Shown: positions 36,801 through 50,100 of the stretch, one piece after another
How the letters are laid out: the number at the start of each line of letters is the position of its first letter
Numbering within the stretch: the first letter of the stretch is position 1
Assembly: GCA_036172245.1 (NCBI GenBank)
Contig: JAYWIR010000025.1
Coordinates: forward strand, 1-64,000
Source: Raillietiella orientalis
Lineage: Eukaryota
Length of the DNA: 64,000 nt
Direction: 5' to 3'
Notes under the pieces: generated by a model
Databases searched by the model: none
What the model was told of the DNA's origin: nothing
What the model saw: the letters and a program-made list of their open reading frames with translations, nothing else
Translations under genes and position numbers: made by a program

Positions 36801-39800
36801 CGTCGTTGGATGGGGAACAAGGGCGGAGGTGATTTCGTGCAAAAAAACAAATCAGATGCTTTCCTTGTTTGTATGCTTTTGAACCCTGATGAGGTGCTTT
36901 CCACTAACGGAGAACTTTTTGGAGCTGGTGCTTCCAGCATCGTGTTGTCTGCACCACGTGTCTGCTAATGCACAGAGCCCAAGAACCGAGTCAGTGACGT
37001 TTCCAGGTGAAACCTATATGTATAAAACTGCTTGATCGCGATGCTCGAGGCGATGGGCGGATGCCATAATCGCACCGACATGCATTAATAGGAGACCTGT
37101 TTTGCAGCTTCTTAAACGAGGTAGACAAGACCTATTCATCAACGCGGTCTATTGGAGGTTGACGATCAAACTCCAGTCCATCGGCAACATGCACGCGTGT
37201 TGTTGCATACACACCAACACGTTCGGAATTATGAGTTTAGGGCAGCAAATGCTTATTTATTGCATCTATTGATTCCATATTCTCGCCCAACTTGTAAGCT
37301 GTTGTCTTCAGACCACTCGTTATTACGCATTTCTCTTCCACTGCATTTGCACTGTGAAAAGCAATTTCTTTCTGGTTTTCATCCAAAGCTTCCCACGAAG
37401 GTTCCTGAATTCCCGAGGTCTGGCAAGATTAGATTTCGCAGCAGCAGTAATAAGCATCATCGCTTCCAATGCTGTGAATGCAGCCGCTTCACCGAATCAA
37501 AAGACTCATCCCTTAGCAAGGCACACGAATAAATGAGAGAGAAGGCAAAAGTCATTCGTTGCAATCCGCGGCACGAAAGAATTCTCATCGAGGCCTGGGC
37601 GAGCCGAAATCCGAATCGAAATTTTTTGGACTGGCGGGTCTTTTTCTGAGAAGCACAAAGCCTTGTGGCATTTTGGAGGATGGAAACAAGCAAGCAGGCG
37701 TTGAGGCGCTCATGCTGAAGAGTACGCGGCGAAAGGCAAAATTGGATGCGATTACACTGCCACGAATAGAAAAGATGCCAAAGCTAAGCTCTTGGAGGAG
37801 TACGCGTTCCTCAAAGAGCAGCAATCTGCATTAGCAAAGTACCAGCCGCAGATCTTGCGTCAAAGAGTTCTCTTTCTCACTTTGCAGCATTCGTTCAAAA
37901 GCAGACTGACAGTCGAGTTATTCATCTGGAGCAGTGAAACAGCAAGACCTTATCTCGTTGTCTTCTGAAGCAGTTCTGCTTGTATGAGGATGCTAACATT
38001 CACTGTGAATCGACAATTTGTGCATTTGAATTCCTTCCGCATTTCTCCAGGAATGAACGAAAAACAGGATGTCGAGTGGGCGGGTGAATTGAGTGAGAAA
38101 AGTTGATGATCCCGAGAATACAGATAAACAGAAGATTGTGAATGCAAGGAGATCAGCATGGTGCAATCCACGAAGAAACGCTGGAAGTGAATCTCAACCA
38201 TCTCATCCTCTTCATCCCATCCCCCGCACGGAATGCTGATGGTTGTTCTAGCTAAGGAGGTTAGGGTCACACAAGACTCTCCAGACCGAATGGAGCAACA
38301 GACCCAGAAAAGAGAACAGATCTAAAAGCATGCAGTAGTGTTTGGAATAACGTCGGAGCTAAATTGAAAACAGCTCAGCGTACCTTCAGCTCATTGGAAG
38401 CTCCACCACGGAAGAACTGTGTGGACAGCCATTTTTTGGCAAATAATAACCGCAGAAGTAGCAGAAGATCGATAAGACGAAACCTCAACAGCGTGGGATT
38501 TACAGAAGAGAAATTGGATTTTCCAACATCAAATGAAAGAAATATAAGGGAATGCGTCTTCTGTATCTCGAAAGTCCAGGAAAGCTCTAGAATCCAACGT
38601 CTTTTCGCAGAAACTTTTTGATTGGACACGAAACCTTCGACGAACCTGCAACTATCCATGCAATCCAGAAGTTTAAAAGTATCACTGATCCTCAGGCATA
38701 TTTAAAAAAAAAAAAAAAAGAACAAAATGCAGAAAATGAATTCGTGATTCTTAAGAGGACAGATCTTGTGGAAACTTCCTGTGGAAACTGTCGTAGAAGA
38801 AAACAGAGACCTTGAAACCTCTAATTCCGAAGAATGCCTGTTTAATTCTTCAGGAAGAGATGCCGACATTCAGCACGAATCAAGTCTGCCAAGATAAAAG
38901 CACGGAAAACAAGGAAAGCATTAGCAAATATGAGACTTTTGAAGAGGATCTCTGATAAGCATCTCTGTCCACCGAATCCGGGTTCTTTCGATCTCGTGGG
39001 TTCCAGTGAAACAGACCTTAATGCTTAAACCCACCTATATTTTGTCATATAATCAGAGCTTAACTTGTTTAGGATACGCCAGACATCAGCTAATCTACTT
39101 TCATCTTGATTATCGGTTCCAAACAAGAACGTTCCAATGGACGAGTGGAGAGAACAAAGCATGCCGAAAACGAAAAATCCAAAAAAAAGCATGTTGATAC
39201 GATCCAAAATAAGCGACGATGAGCCAGGAAAGTCAAGGGGCTTTAGTAAGCCGATAGCATTGAAGATGGACTGATGGCTGCAGCACAGAGAGAGAAGACT
39301 CCAGTGAGTGGCTTGGGCACGAATCCGGTGCTGTGCCATCCACCGCAGTGGTGAGGAGACGCGCCACTTCCCGTCACGTGTGTCCGGGCGAATTGTGGAA
39401 GGGTACGCACGACAGGACTGAAAAACACTCTCACTGGAGAGAAAACCGAAGAGCGAAAAAAGGGAATGCGTCAGGATTCGAGTGAGAACGCATTTGGATT
39501 GCAGGAGAACGGTCCCAGTTCACGAAGGACTCGATAGGGAAGGTATTTAGTGGAGAGAGATGGTGTGCGCGTTTCTTCTCGGTCTCTGCGATTCCTTTCC
39601 TGAATAACTAACAACAGCGAATCATCCTCACCCTCGAAAGAAATAATTTGTGCCAACCAGGAAGCTTTGCTTCCAGACCGCAGTGAATGAGAATTGGGAG
39701 TGCCAGAGTTACGCTGTGAAAAGTGCTACGACAAGATTCTAGGTCGTATCATGGGATAGCAACAGGCAGGAAATTTCTGCTTTGCTTTAATGCTGGACAG

Positions 39801-42800
39801 CAAGCACTCGAAGGGATAAGGCAACAACTTGCTTTCACGGTTGTTCGTGCAACTCTTTGAGCCGAGTTCGTCAGACACGGTCCGTGACGTTGTACAAGGG
39901 TAAGTACGCATGGGCAAGAGACGCGGGTTTCTATGGATGCCTGAAGAACATGGCGAGCTTCCGTGTGAGTAAGGACAAGCCAAAAGATCTTCCTCTTTAT
40001 CTAACAAATATTCCTTGGACCGAACAATGGTAGTGGCATGATTCTCCCCTTAACTCCAGTAGATGTTCTTTTGTGTATCTTCTGTTGCTAAGAGCATTGT
40101 TCAACAAATTTGTAAGATGTTTTCAAAACGCGGATTTGGATCATGGGCTCCATAATGATGCGGATATTGGAGCAACTCAGTGCCATTATACGATGAGATT
40201 CCCTAATGCATTCAAACATCTGTTGTATCCTGGGATAAATTTTCCCCATTGACCGAGCTCTTTCGTCACTGCCGCTCTGCCTTCTTGTCGGAACCCACAC
40301 GCGTCACCTCGATCAGCATCTTCTCCGTTGGAAACTGTCCTCTATGACGGATCGAAGACGACCCGGATAGTGTAGCTCTGAACCCGGAACGTTTTCGGCG
40401 TTCCCGAATCAGACTGTCAGAGCATGCTTTGTCGCGAGATTTGGAGTGTCATCCTGGGAGCACACACTACGCCTCCAGAAGCGCATTCTCGTGCTGACAC
40501 TTGCAAGCCAGGCTAGATGGCCACCATTCTGCACCACCAGACATCATCCACGCACCGTGATTGACGTGCAGAAACTCGTCAGTCATCATCGGAGGCTGAT
40601 TTTGCGAATCCGCTTACTTCCGGGAATCTTACAGTAATATCCCACCAAGAAAACAACTCAGTTGTTTCTTTCTTTATTCTCGAGTGGGAAGTGACGAACG
40701 AGAGCGGGCCGCAGTGCTTTCATCAATTCTTGTCAATTCTTCCTCGAGAACTTCCGCTTCCAAAGAAGAGAACTTTTTCTTTTCTAACTACAAGTCACAC
40801 TTCATCAAGATCTTTGAGATGGTAGAAGGTGGGATGCACTGTAGTCAAGGCACACAGAGAACTTGCTGTCCCGACCGCTTTCTGTGCAGACAGCTTTGCT
40901 CTGGCACAGGGATGGATTTCGCAAATGCAGCGGTCTTGACCACTCCCTTCCCAAGAATCAGAATCAGAGCCCTAAGACATCAGATTTAGGAAGCAGACGA
41001 AGCTTGTATTCCGTAGCCAGGGATTCTTCCAGCCGGGATGGAAAAAATCCCATGCCAATAGAATTCTATAAATGCTCGAGGAAAGAACCAACGTTTTCGT
41101 GTCGAATTCGACACGCTGGTTTGAAAACACGTTCAAATTACCCTCGAGTTCGTGCTGACTCAACCCCACGACGTTCCTCGTCTTCTGAATGCTGAAGTAT
41201 CTCACTCCCCATGACGTCACGTGGGTGGGCTCGCTTTCCCAGCATATTGCAAATTTTCGTAAATCAACGAGAGAGCGAGATACAGATTCATCCAAGACGC
41301 AGCGACTGTGGCCGGACGCATTCGAGAAGGCGCCATGAAAACTGAGGGAGTTTCTTCATCCAAAGGAGAACGGGGAGAAGCTTCAGGAAGAACACAGTTT
41401 AGAGGAGGATTGGCAGCAGGCAGCAAGTTGAATTCATTTGAGCAATGCCTGGACACGGAAGCGCCACCTCAGGCGCGAACCAGGCCTTGAAATTTCTGGC
41501 AAAATCTTCAGAATGGAAAACACATTCCCGCCAGGTTTCTAGTGCAGGAGACCGCAATCGAGGAGGAAAACGGTTTGGAAATGGAGCTCCTTCGTACCAG
41601 GCGGCAACTTTCCCAGGCTGGGAACCAGGACAGCAGCGTGTGACTGGCTACAAGACTTCCCTCGGAGTCGGAATTTCATCTCCAGATTCCCGATTCGGGC
41701 TACTCGGCTGAACGATGGAATCAGAAGTTTCAGAAACGGCGCCGGAAAAAATTCGCAGCACATCTGCATTTCCGTAGCAAACCACGACACATCACCTGAC
41801 AATACGCGACATTCCTTCATCCTTGTTCCTTTCTGGGTTGAATCCACATGTGATTTCGTTCGAAAAGCACCTCGCACCCGATTGGCAGCCCTCCTCAGAA
41901 GGGGATGAAATGTTTGTAACACTGCCGCCATTGCGTTTCCCTTATCAAAAGTGTGCGAAATGATGAAATCAGCGTGTTCGGGATTTGAAGGTAGTCGTGC
42001 CTTCCATCTTCTTGAAAATCCCCATGATGGCTCCCGCCTGCAGCTCAGTTTCTTTCATTGCACTCGAGCCACGTGCCTTTGGGTACCCCTGAGTGTGCGA
42101 TCGGATTTTTCACAGGGCGTCGATCTGTTTTGCGATCACCGGGACCTCATCCTGTGATTCTTTCTTGTAGAGGAGCCGTCCTTATCATTTGCTCCAGTGC
42201 GCCTCTCTGTTTATCGTTCCCAAATCCGGATGTCCCCGTATAGCTTTCACTTTCCAGCTTTCACTTGGCGCGCCATCCTCGCTGAAAGAACTTTATTTGC
42301 AGGAATACATGGAATCACGTGATCTTGCCGCAGCGGGTGGAGAGGAAATAAGGACCTACATGCTCTGCATGTTCTAAGATGTCTGAAGCTGGAAATCCCG
42401 AGGAAGACTCAGCATTTAACAGGACACATTGCCTTCCCGACTGCAGCATTCAGGCACAAGAAGGAATAATTCTATTATTTTTCAGAAAAGCAAAAAAAAG
42501 AAAGAATCGTTTTTATTAAAAAGATGCGAAAGCCTTCCTGAAATGTATGGTTTCTTTTAAAAGAAAAAATTCCAAAAGAACTGCTCACGACGAAAAAATT
42601 CTCGCTTGAGGAATGGTGTCGAACTTTTCAGCTCCCCTCAAAATGAGGCGACGATCATTATGATGAAACGAAAGGGTTGGGTCCAGTTGCTGCAAAAACC
42701 GATCTTCCTAACGGAAGTTATCGATCAGACTTACTGTCAGTTTTCAGTACTTACTGGTAGCCATCGGAGGAGTCCTGTTTCATCTTTCTTCCATTCTTCC

Positions 42801-44662
42801 TGAGCGGATTTCTTAAATCTTGTCGCACGAATTCTCCTTTTGATTTCGTGGATCATCCTGTTGCATTGAGAACGAATCTGCCAGAGTCCCCCAGCATCCT
42901 TCTACATGGTGAAAAGAAGCAAACAAGATCTCTTTATGAGAAACGGAATGCAGAATGGATGGCAACTGTTTCTCCTCAAGAAACTCATAAGGCCATGGAG
43001 CGAAGATGAGCTCTGAGCCTCATCGCTGCACCGCTGGTTTTCCGTGTCCCGGCCACCTCTCTTCCAAAAGGAAAAACGGCATGGGGATTTGTCTCCTGGT
43101 GTTTGGTTTTGCAGAGAAAGTTGGGGCGTTCGGATTGATGCACCTTCCACCGCCGGTCTCTTTCAGCACTCCTTGCCATCTACGTCGCCAAACACATCGC
43201 GAGATCGAATCACAGACCAAATGAATCTAGATGAGCCAATCAATAGACGAGAGAAAAAGGAACGTGAATAAGCGAGAACATGAGGAACACCCCATATACG
43301 TTGTTAATCTTCCTGTGTTACAAAAAAAATACCCCCCTCCCACTTCTAGCTGGAAATCCCCCGCAAGCAGTTTCTATGCAGCTGCAAAGTTTCGAGGCTT
43401 CTTCCTGCCTATAGCTCACTCCTGTTCGAAAACATTGAGCCTTGGATCTCAAAAAAGTGCCGTTCCTCTCCTTTGTTTTTCGTATTTGTCTGAGATAACC
43501 GGAAACATGTGTGTCCTTCACCACTCCGCTTGCCGACAGGGAAATGGGAGCCACGCAGCCCGATTTCACGAAGGACTGCCATTTTTTCCAAACAGCTCGT
43601 GTCGGAATCATTCTTTCCGCCTTTAAGCCGTGTTCTTCCGAGGCAGCAGGCTCGGAGCTACGTCCTTGATTTCATCGTTTGGGGATTTTCTCAACAAATA
43701 TCGCTTCAGCAGTGTTCCACTGATGCCTCGTAAGAGAACTCCTCAGATTCTGCATGATGAAACGAAAAAACTTGAATTGAGAAGAGCGAACTCTGGGAAA
43801 GCTGTTTCCTCGGAGATGATGCACGTATATTAATCAGTGCATCTGCCCGAGCACAGGAACAGTAGCACGCAAGAGGATGAAACACGGAGACATGATTCCT
43901 GGAATGCGAAGTGCTTCTGGATTCGATGTTTATCAGCAGACCCCGTAATCGAATCCAGTTTCCTCATGTCCATCATAAGTTCCTTTATGAGTTAAGCATC
44001 TTCGTTTTCGGTTTGTTTTCTTATGAGTTAACATCAATCAACTACGAGATCTGTGCACTTCCTCGCATGGACATATTCCTTGTTAGCAAACACGACTTTT
44101 TCTCAGTTAACCAAAAAACAAAATACCTATCACGAGAAATGGGTGAAACTTCGAGAAAAATTGCTGAGCATCATTTGAATAGGCAGCACATGAATTTGTT
44201 CATCATGCATTGTGCAGTGCCAGCGTCTCGGAGCTGAATTCATTTCAAGACTTCCCTTAATTTGACCCAAACACATGGCAACACTGGAGCAGGAGACTCG
44301 TCATCATCCGTGAAGCATTCGCGAAGATAACAACCTGCACACCATACACTCCATTGTGTTATTTTTCGTGTTTTGATTTCAGAGTTTTGAGACACGAATC
44401 CCATTCTCAAGTGTACTCCAAGTCACATATCCAACTCTCGGTGTGCAGCTCTTTTCGTGTTTCTGAAGCCGAAAGGGGACTTTGAGTTCGTTGCATCGGA
44501 AAGAATCCTGAGCGCCAGTCAGTCAAGAGACTCGATTCCTCAGAAGGAGAAGCTGAGGAAAGCGCGCTTTGGATTACATTCAGACAAACAGTTGTAAATC
44601 TTCTGCAGAGATGTTCACTTATTAGGAAGGACACAGAGCTCGCGAGAAAAAGAGGAGGCAGA

Positions 44663-44719
44663 TGAATTTTTCCCCGTTGATTAAAAAGTTCGATTGAATT
44701 TTTCCCCGTTGATTAAAAA
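44663..44719. repeat. 25-bp exact direct repeat, two copies, period 32
   Basis: TGAATTTTTCCCCGTTGATTAAAAA at 44663-44687 and 44695-44719. Confidence 0.9.
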
Positions 44720-47095
44720 AAGGGATATCAGCATGCAGTGCCTTACGTGGAGCGTGTATCTGGAATTTATCAACATGTCACTCAAGGAATAGTCGAGAAG
44801 AAATGCCAAATTTTTTGGTTCTTCTACACACACAGAGAGAGATAAATACGAAGCGGCGCTTTCCGTGGAACCTGCATCGAAGTGATCATTACGGAATCAT
44901 CAGCTCTCAGAGATGCTGACTTTGAGGGAAGATGGAAAAGTCAGCCTACTTCACTTCAAAATCAGCTGGCAATCAGAGCCGTCTGTGGGTTGGACACTGC
45001 GAGTGAGATATATCAACAACCTGACGAATCGAAGGGAAGACAGTCATATAGGAGCATCCGGAAAAGATTGAGATTACTGATGAAGAATCGCGGCTACATT
45101 AGATGGGAGTATGTCAAAGACTTTGTACAGTACAGAAGCAATACACCAAAGGAAGGGAAAACTGGAAAGGAAAAGTTTGATAAGCCACGTCCCTTCCACG
45201 AAACATCACAGGAGTAATTCTGGGCGAGGGGGGAGGGATTTCCGTTGCCATCAAAAAACAGACATCCCATAGTGGGAATTCTTTCTGTTCTCAACAGTGG
45301 CGAAGACATCGCCTGTGCAAGGACATGGAAGAACACGCCTTCAAATCTGGGAGAAACCAATGGCTTAATGCGGGAGCGCCTCGCACTCCCTAAATAGTAT
45401 AAGCACGCTCTGGGATTAGCGACCAGTTCTCCTCTGGAATAGATTATTGTATTACGCCCCCCTGATGAAGTTTCACCTTTCTAAATTGACCGTTTGCATT
45501 GAATTGTTCCTTAGGGCTTCAAAAACTGCGTCTTTGTGTTCTACCTACTCACTACCTTGCAGACTGGAAGCACTGGATCGCTGTTGAAATCAAACGGAAA
45601 CACAGGAACGGATCATTCGCGCAGATTTTTCAATTGCAAATCAAGGAGGATGAAACCAGGTCATTAAACAAAAGTTGCTGGAATGAATCTTTCAGCGATT
45701 TGAGGGGAAGCTGAAACAGTTCTTTAAATGATTTGCTTCGTTAGGTAGTTTCACTCTGGGGCAGGGCGTCAAGGTCCTGCAGAAATATAGCATAGCCATA
45801 GCGAAAATGATTACTTTCTAGCATTCCTATCTTTATTCATTACTGAAAAAAGTTCACTCTCATTGAAATTCAGTGAGGTCAGTCGCCTACACGAAGAAAA
45901 TCCCCCGGTGATTAGCTGAAGAGCAAGCGAGCAAAAGCACATTTCGTAGACAGCGAAGTCATCCTAAAGATAGGATGACTCTTGAAGTTTTTTCCGTTCA
46001 CAAATGAGTGCAAAACACTTCGTGTTGTTGTGCTTTTCTTTAAATATGCAAAATTCCACAAATGGACTTCCACTGCACGCGCCACAGAGATATCCAGATG
46101 ACCGGATTTCCTAATTACGCTGCGTTTAGAGCGCAGTTGGGAAATGGTACTTGGCTGATGTTAGGGAGTGGCTGTCGATCATTAAATCATTCCATCGTCA
46201 GCTTCGCAAAAGAGAAAAACGAAGAGGAGATGCTGTTTTTCGGCTAATGGAGTTCAATCTTTTTTTTCCATGATGAATGCAGAAATTACCCTGGTAGATG
46301 CTGAAAATGAAGGTACAGATTCCTGCGAGGCAAAGTCCGCAGCTTCTTTGGATATGATATGTAGGAATTCACATAAAAGAATAGGAGGCTTCTGGCTGTT
46401 GAGACCAGAAGGTTCAACAACACACTGGAAGGGAAGGCTTACTCCTCTTTCTCAGCCTTTTGGCTAAGATCAAAGCGGTAGGGAAACGTCTTGGTTGGAA
46501 GCGACCCAAACTTCACATCCAAGTAGGTGAGAGAAAGAATGATGAATATCCTATCATCTGAAAGGAAATGAAGAATATGAAGAGAATTCCTCTTTCAATA
46601 AAAATGTCATTGGCTTCAAGTAATATAGATGTGATCCATGAGGAAACTGGTAATTAATCTAGGAGACTGATTCAGAGAGGATCCGAGCCAACATTCAATG
46701 TAGGGAAAAACGACAACTTGAAGGCACATGCACAAATGCAGCAAACACTTTTCGAATAGTGGGATGATAAATGGGAAAGAGCTCATGCGCGAACGGAAAC
46801 TGACAAAACACAACCAGTGTCAGTGGTGCGAAAGCCTCATTGCGTAAGAGATGCTGAAATTTCTGGGTTCGAGAAAGAGGGAAAAATAACTTCAGGTGTT
46901 TCAGAAACAGCAGTATAAAGATCGGAATTCTCTTCCTGCTCAGAAGCAAAAGTATTTTTTTTTGGATGAAAGGTCCTTGTGCCCTCCGAAAAAAAGCTAA
47001 AACCAGCAAACAAACATGGAACCAGGACCGGATAGAGTGAAACCATGATTTTACTATGTGGTTTGATGCGTCGCTTTCACTCAAGGGATCCAAAA

Positions 47096-47132
47096 TGCAA
47101 GGTGGTTCTTGGAATCCAAGAGCCACCTTGCA
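47096..47132. repeat. Near-perfect palindrome, 17-bp arms, 3-nt loop
   Basis: TGCAAGGTGGTTCTTGG-AAT-CCAAGAGCCACCTTGCA; 16 Watson-Crick pairs and one G-U. Confidence 0.92.
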
Positions 47133-50100
47133 CTCCACATTATCGGCTCACATTTGACATCCAAGAGATCAAACGTTTTCAGAACAGCAGAATGCTTCCA
47201 CGTGTACCACGAGCTCCTTGCAGCTGCTCAGTCTGTACTGCTGCTTGTCCGAACGGATTGAAAGACTTCAAACAATCCTTACCCTAAAATTGTGGGGAAG
47301 GTCACTTGAACATTGGGATTTTCAGCAAACGGTGACGATATTTTCTAGTCTAATTAGATTGCTTGCATCGCGATGCTAGGATGATTAAAAGTCATACCTA
47401 AACGTATTTATGAAGATCGTATGTGCCGCTCTGTTTCTTGGACTCTTTCGAAGTTCATAGCTATTTATCTGCTCCTCTTGTTGGCTGCTGGCTGGTGATA
47501 TATGAAGATTATCCGAGCACAATGCCGATCACGAATTCCACTCAAACTCGTGATGCACGCACCATATTTCATTTAAGTTCCCAAGCGTGGCCATCCTCGT
47601 GCAGGGAAATTCCTTTGGAGAACCACGGCTAGCATTTTGTTCTATTTTCTCAACATTGGACGTAAGAACTGCTTACAGCAAACTCTTCACTGATATCCGA
47701 ATTTATCACTCTTCTTTGAAAATCTTTGAATTTGATTATAAAATGGCGGAGGGAAACTCCTTTTCTTTTTTTTTAAAAAAAAAAAGCTTTGTTTTTTTTT
47801 TTTCATCTTAAGTTTGAGGCAAAATTGTCGGTTCTTTGTAGATCAGACATCATTTAATCCTCACGAACTCTTTTGTACACAGAATGCTCATTCAAAGCAC
47901 TCATCATTACCACCGATTCTGGCAAATTGTGAGAGAGCAATTTTCGCTTCACGTAGCAAAAAAAACAAGCAGCACTACTGCAAGAGAGAAAAGAAGAATG
48001 GAAAAAAAAAACACGAGAGAAATGGTGTCAAGTGACACGGCAGTTGCAGTGGAAACTCCAAAGCTCTTGCATAAAGCGAACACTTTGCTGTAGCGATCGA
48101 CTATGCAAATAAGCAATCATTAAAGTCATCGTGAGATCAAGTGACGTAATTTTACGTCAGAACACCTCCCGTTTTCCTCTCGCGGGGTCGGGCGCCCCTA
48201 CGTACAAGATGCCTTCTTAGGACGAAAAGTCATTGAAAGGAGGACAAAACCGTAAACGCAGAACGTTTTATCCGTGGGCCACGAAAGGGAAAACTTTTTC
48301 CAACACCCCATCCCTCCAACACATCAGAGTCTTAGAATAAGTGTATTGCACAACCACAGAGTGACCGTACTTGAGGATATGGTTCAGCCGTGCGGAAGCT
48401 ACTGTACCATCTCCAATAGAATCAGAACTTCAAGATGCCTGTCAAACCACTAACCACTGCTGCACAAGAATGCACAGGCACCGGACCAAGTTCCATCCTT
48501 TTTATAGAGGGATTAGTTTATCGCTAATATTATTCATTAGATTCTGCTTCGTATGAAGGAATCTCGAATACCGTGGCAGACAAAAACTACGCACCAAGAA
48601 GGATTCGGGAAGGGATGCATCTCTTTGAATGATTCCAAAAATAAGGAGCAGGCCAGCCTCCTCGGGCCAAGCTCTCTTGACGGCGTTTTCACGAATGCTT
48701 TCCTGACTGATTCTTCGGAATAACACATGGGTCGACGGCACGGAACTTTGCGGGATGCAAAACTCCCCCGGTGAATCCCACGCACTCCTTAGAACACATA
48801 TAAGTGAGGAAATCAGGGTTTTGTGATGGCTCATCTCCCACCACAGTTTCGCACCACCCTCCCCGTCACGCTGCAGCATCAGCTACTTTCGAGTCTTCGG
48901 AAGCCCCTTTGGAAGAATGCCCATTGCAAGCTGCTTCTCACGGTCAACTGATCTTGATGATGGGAGTTGAGAATCAGGAACGGACAAACAGGAAGGTGAC
49001 GGACACGGATCCACTCAAGTGAAACGTGAAATCAAAAAGAAGTGAACTCGACGAAAATCAAGGAATTCCCTCGCATCTTCACAGCGTGCCTCTTCTTCTG
49101 ATGAATGCGCGCACAAGAATGAAGATGAGAGACAGGGTCCAGCAGGAAAGGAATTCTGTGTTGTCACCAACGCTGATATTCCTGGTGATTCCCATTTCGG
49201 GAGATTTTAAAGTAAGACAAGGGATGCAAAGCCAGAAACGAAGATCTTGAAAGATATCTGAGCATAAAAGGCCAACGAAAAATTCTCAGCAACCACTGGA
49301 ACAACTGCGCAAGTGACACAAGAGAAAACCCACACAGGAGTGGGAGAAGAGTGTGGCAAACGATCTCCACTTAATTCCGCGAAAGGACCTGACAGGACGC
49401 GGATGTTTTCATACCTCGTAGGCAGGTGGCACTCGTGCGCATAAGCTCCTTCACCCCCACTGGGCGCACGACCGCCTACTCTTAAAAATAAACAAGAAAT
49501 CATCTCATTATCCAGTCCTTTGACTGTTATGGGAGTGAAAGAGGACTCGTGATCGACCAAGAGGGATTAAGGGAGGCGTGCAGATAAATAAATGAAAGGG
49601 AGAGCTGAATGAACGGAAGCTCAGGTACTGATTCCTCCCCAGGGGTACAGATCAGGAGAAAGGACGAGGGTCACTTGATTGTCTTCCACGTAACCGGGAT
49701 GCATTGCCTGCTGGGTTCCCCTTCATTCGCGAGGGAAGAGAGTGTCTCATGAAGGCGGTAGACTCATGACCTCGGACAGGCAAGGATTCTAGGCGGGAAA
49801 TCAAAGGCGGTCAGTATGGCAAACACGGCATCTCTACCGCAGTGTAGATGGAATCCTTCTCAATCTGGGAAGACTGATGCTAGAAGATCCTTCTCCTTCC
49901 AGGTAACAATCTACCACGTACCTCCGTCGGAGTTGAAGATAGTTTTCACGACTGCACAGACGGGACAATGTCTGAAGACTGTCCCCTTCGAGGAGTGATA
50001 CCATGAACGATCGCGCGGTAATTTAAATTGCAGGCGTAGGAGCAAAGTTTCTTAGGTCAGCACTGAACTATTCATCCGTAAGCCATTCGACACGAAGTGA

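Noticed and set aside
39726..40140. Minus-strand peptides (AYLPLYNVTDRV*RTRLKE) reminiscent of Penelope-like elements
   Set aside because: Too short and wrongly spaced to support without a search
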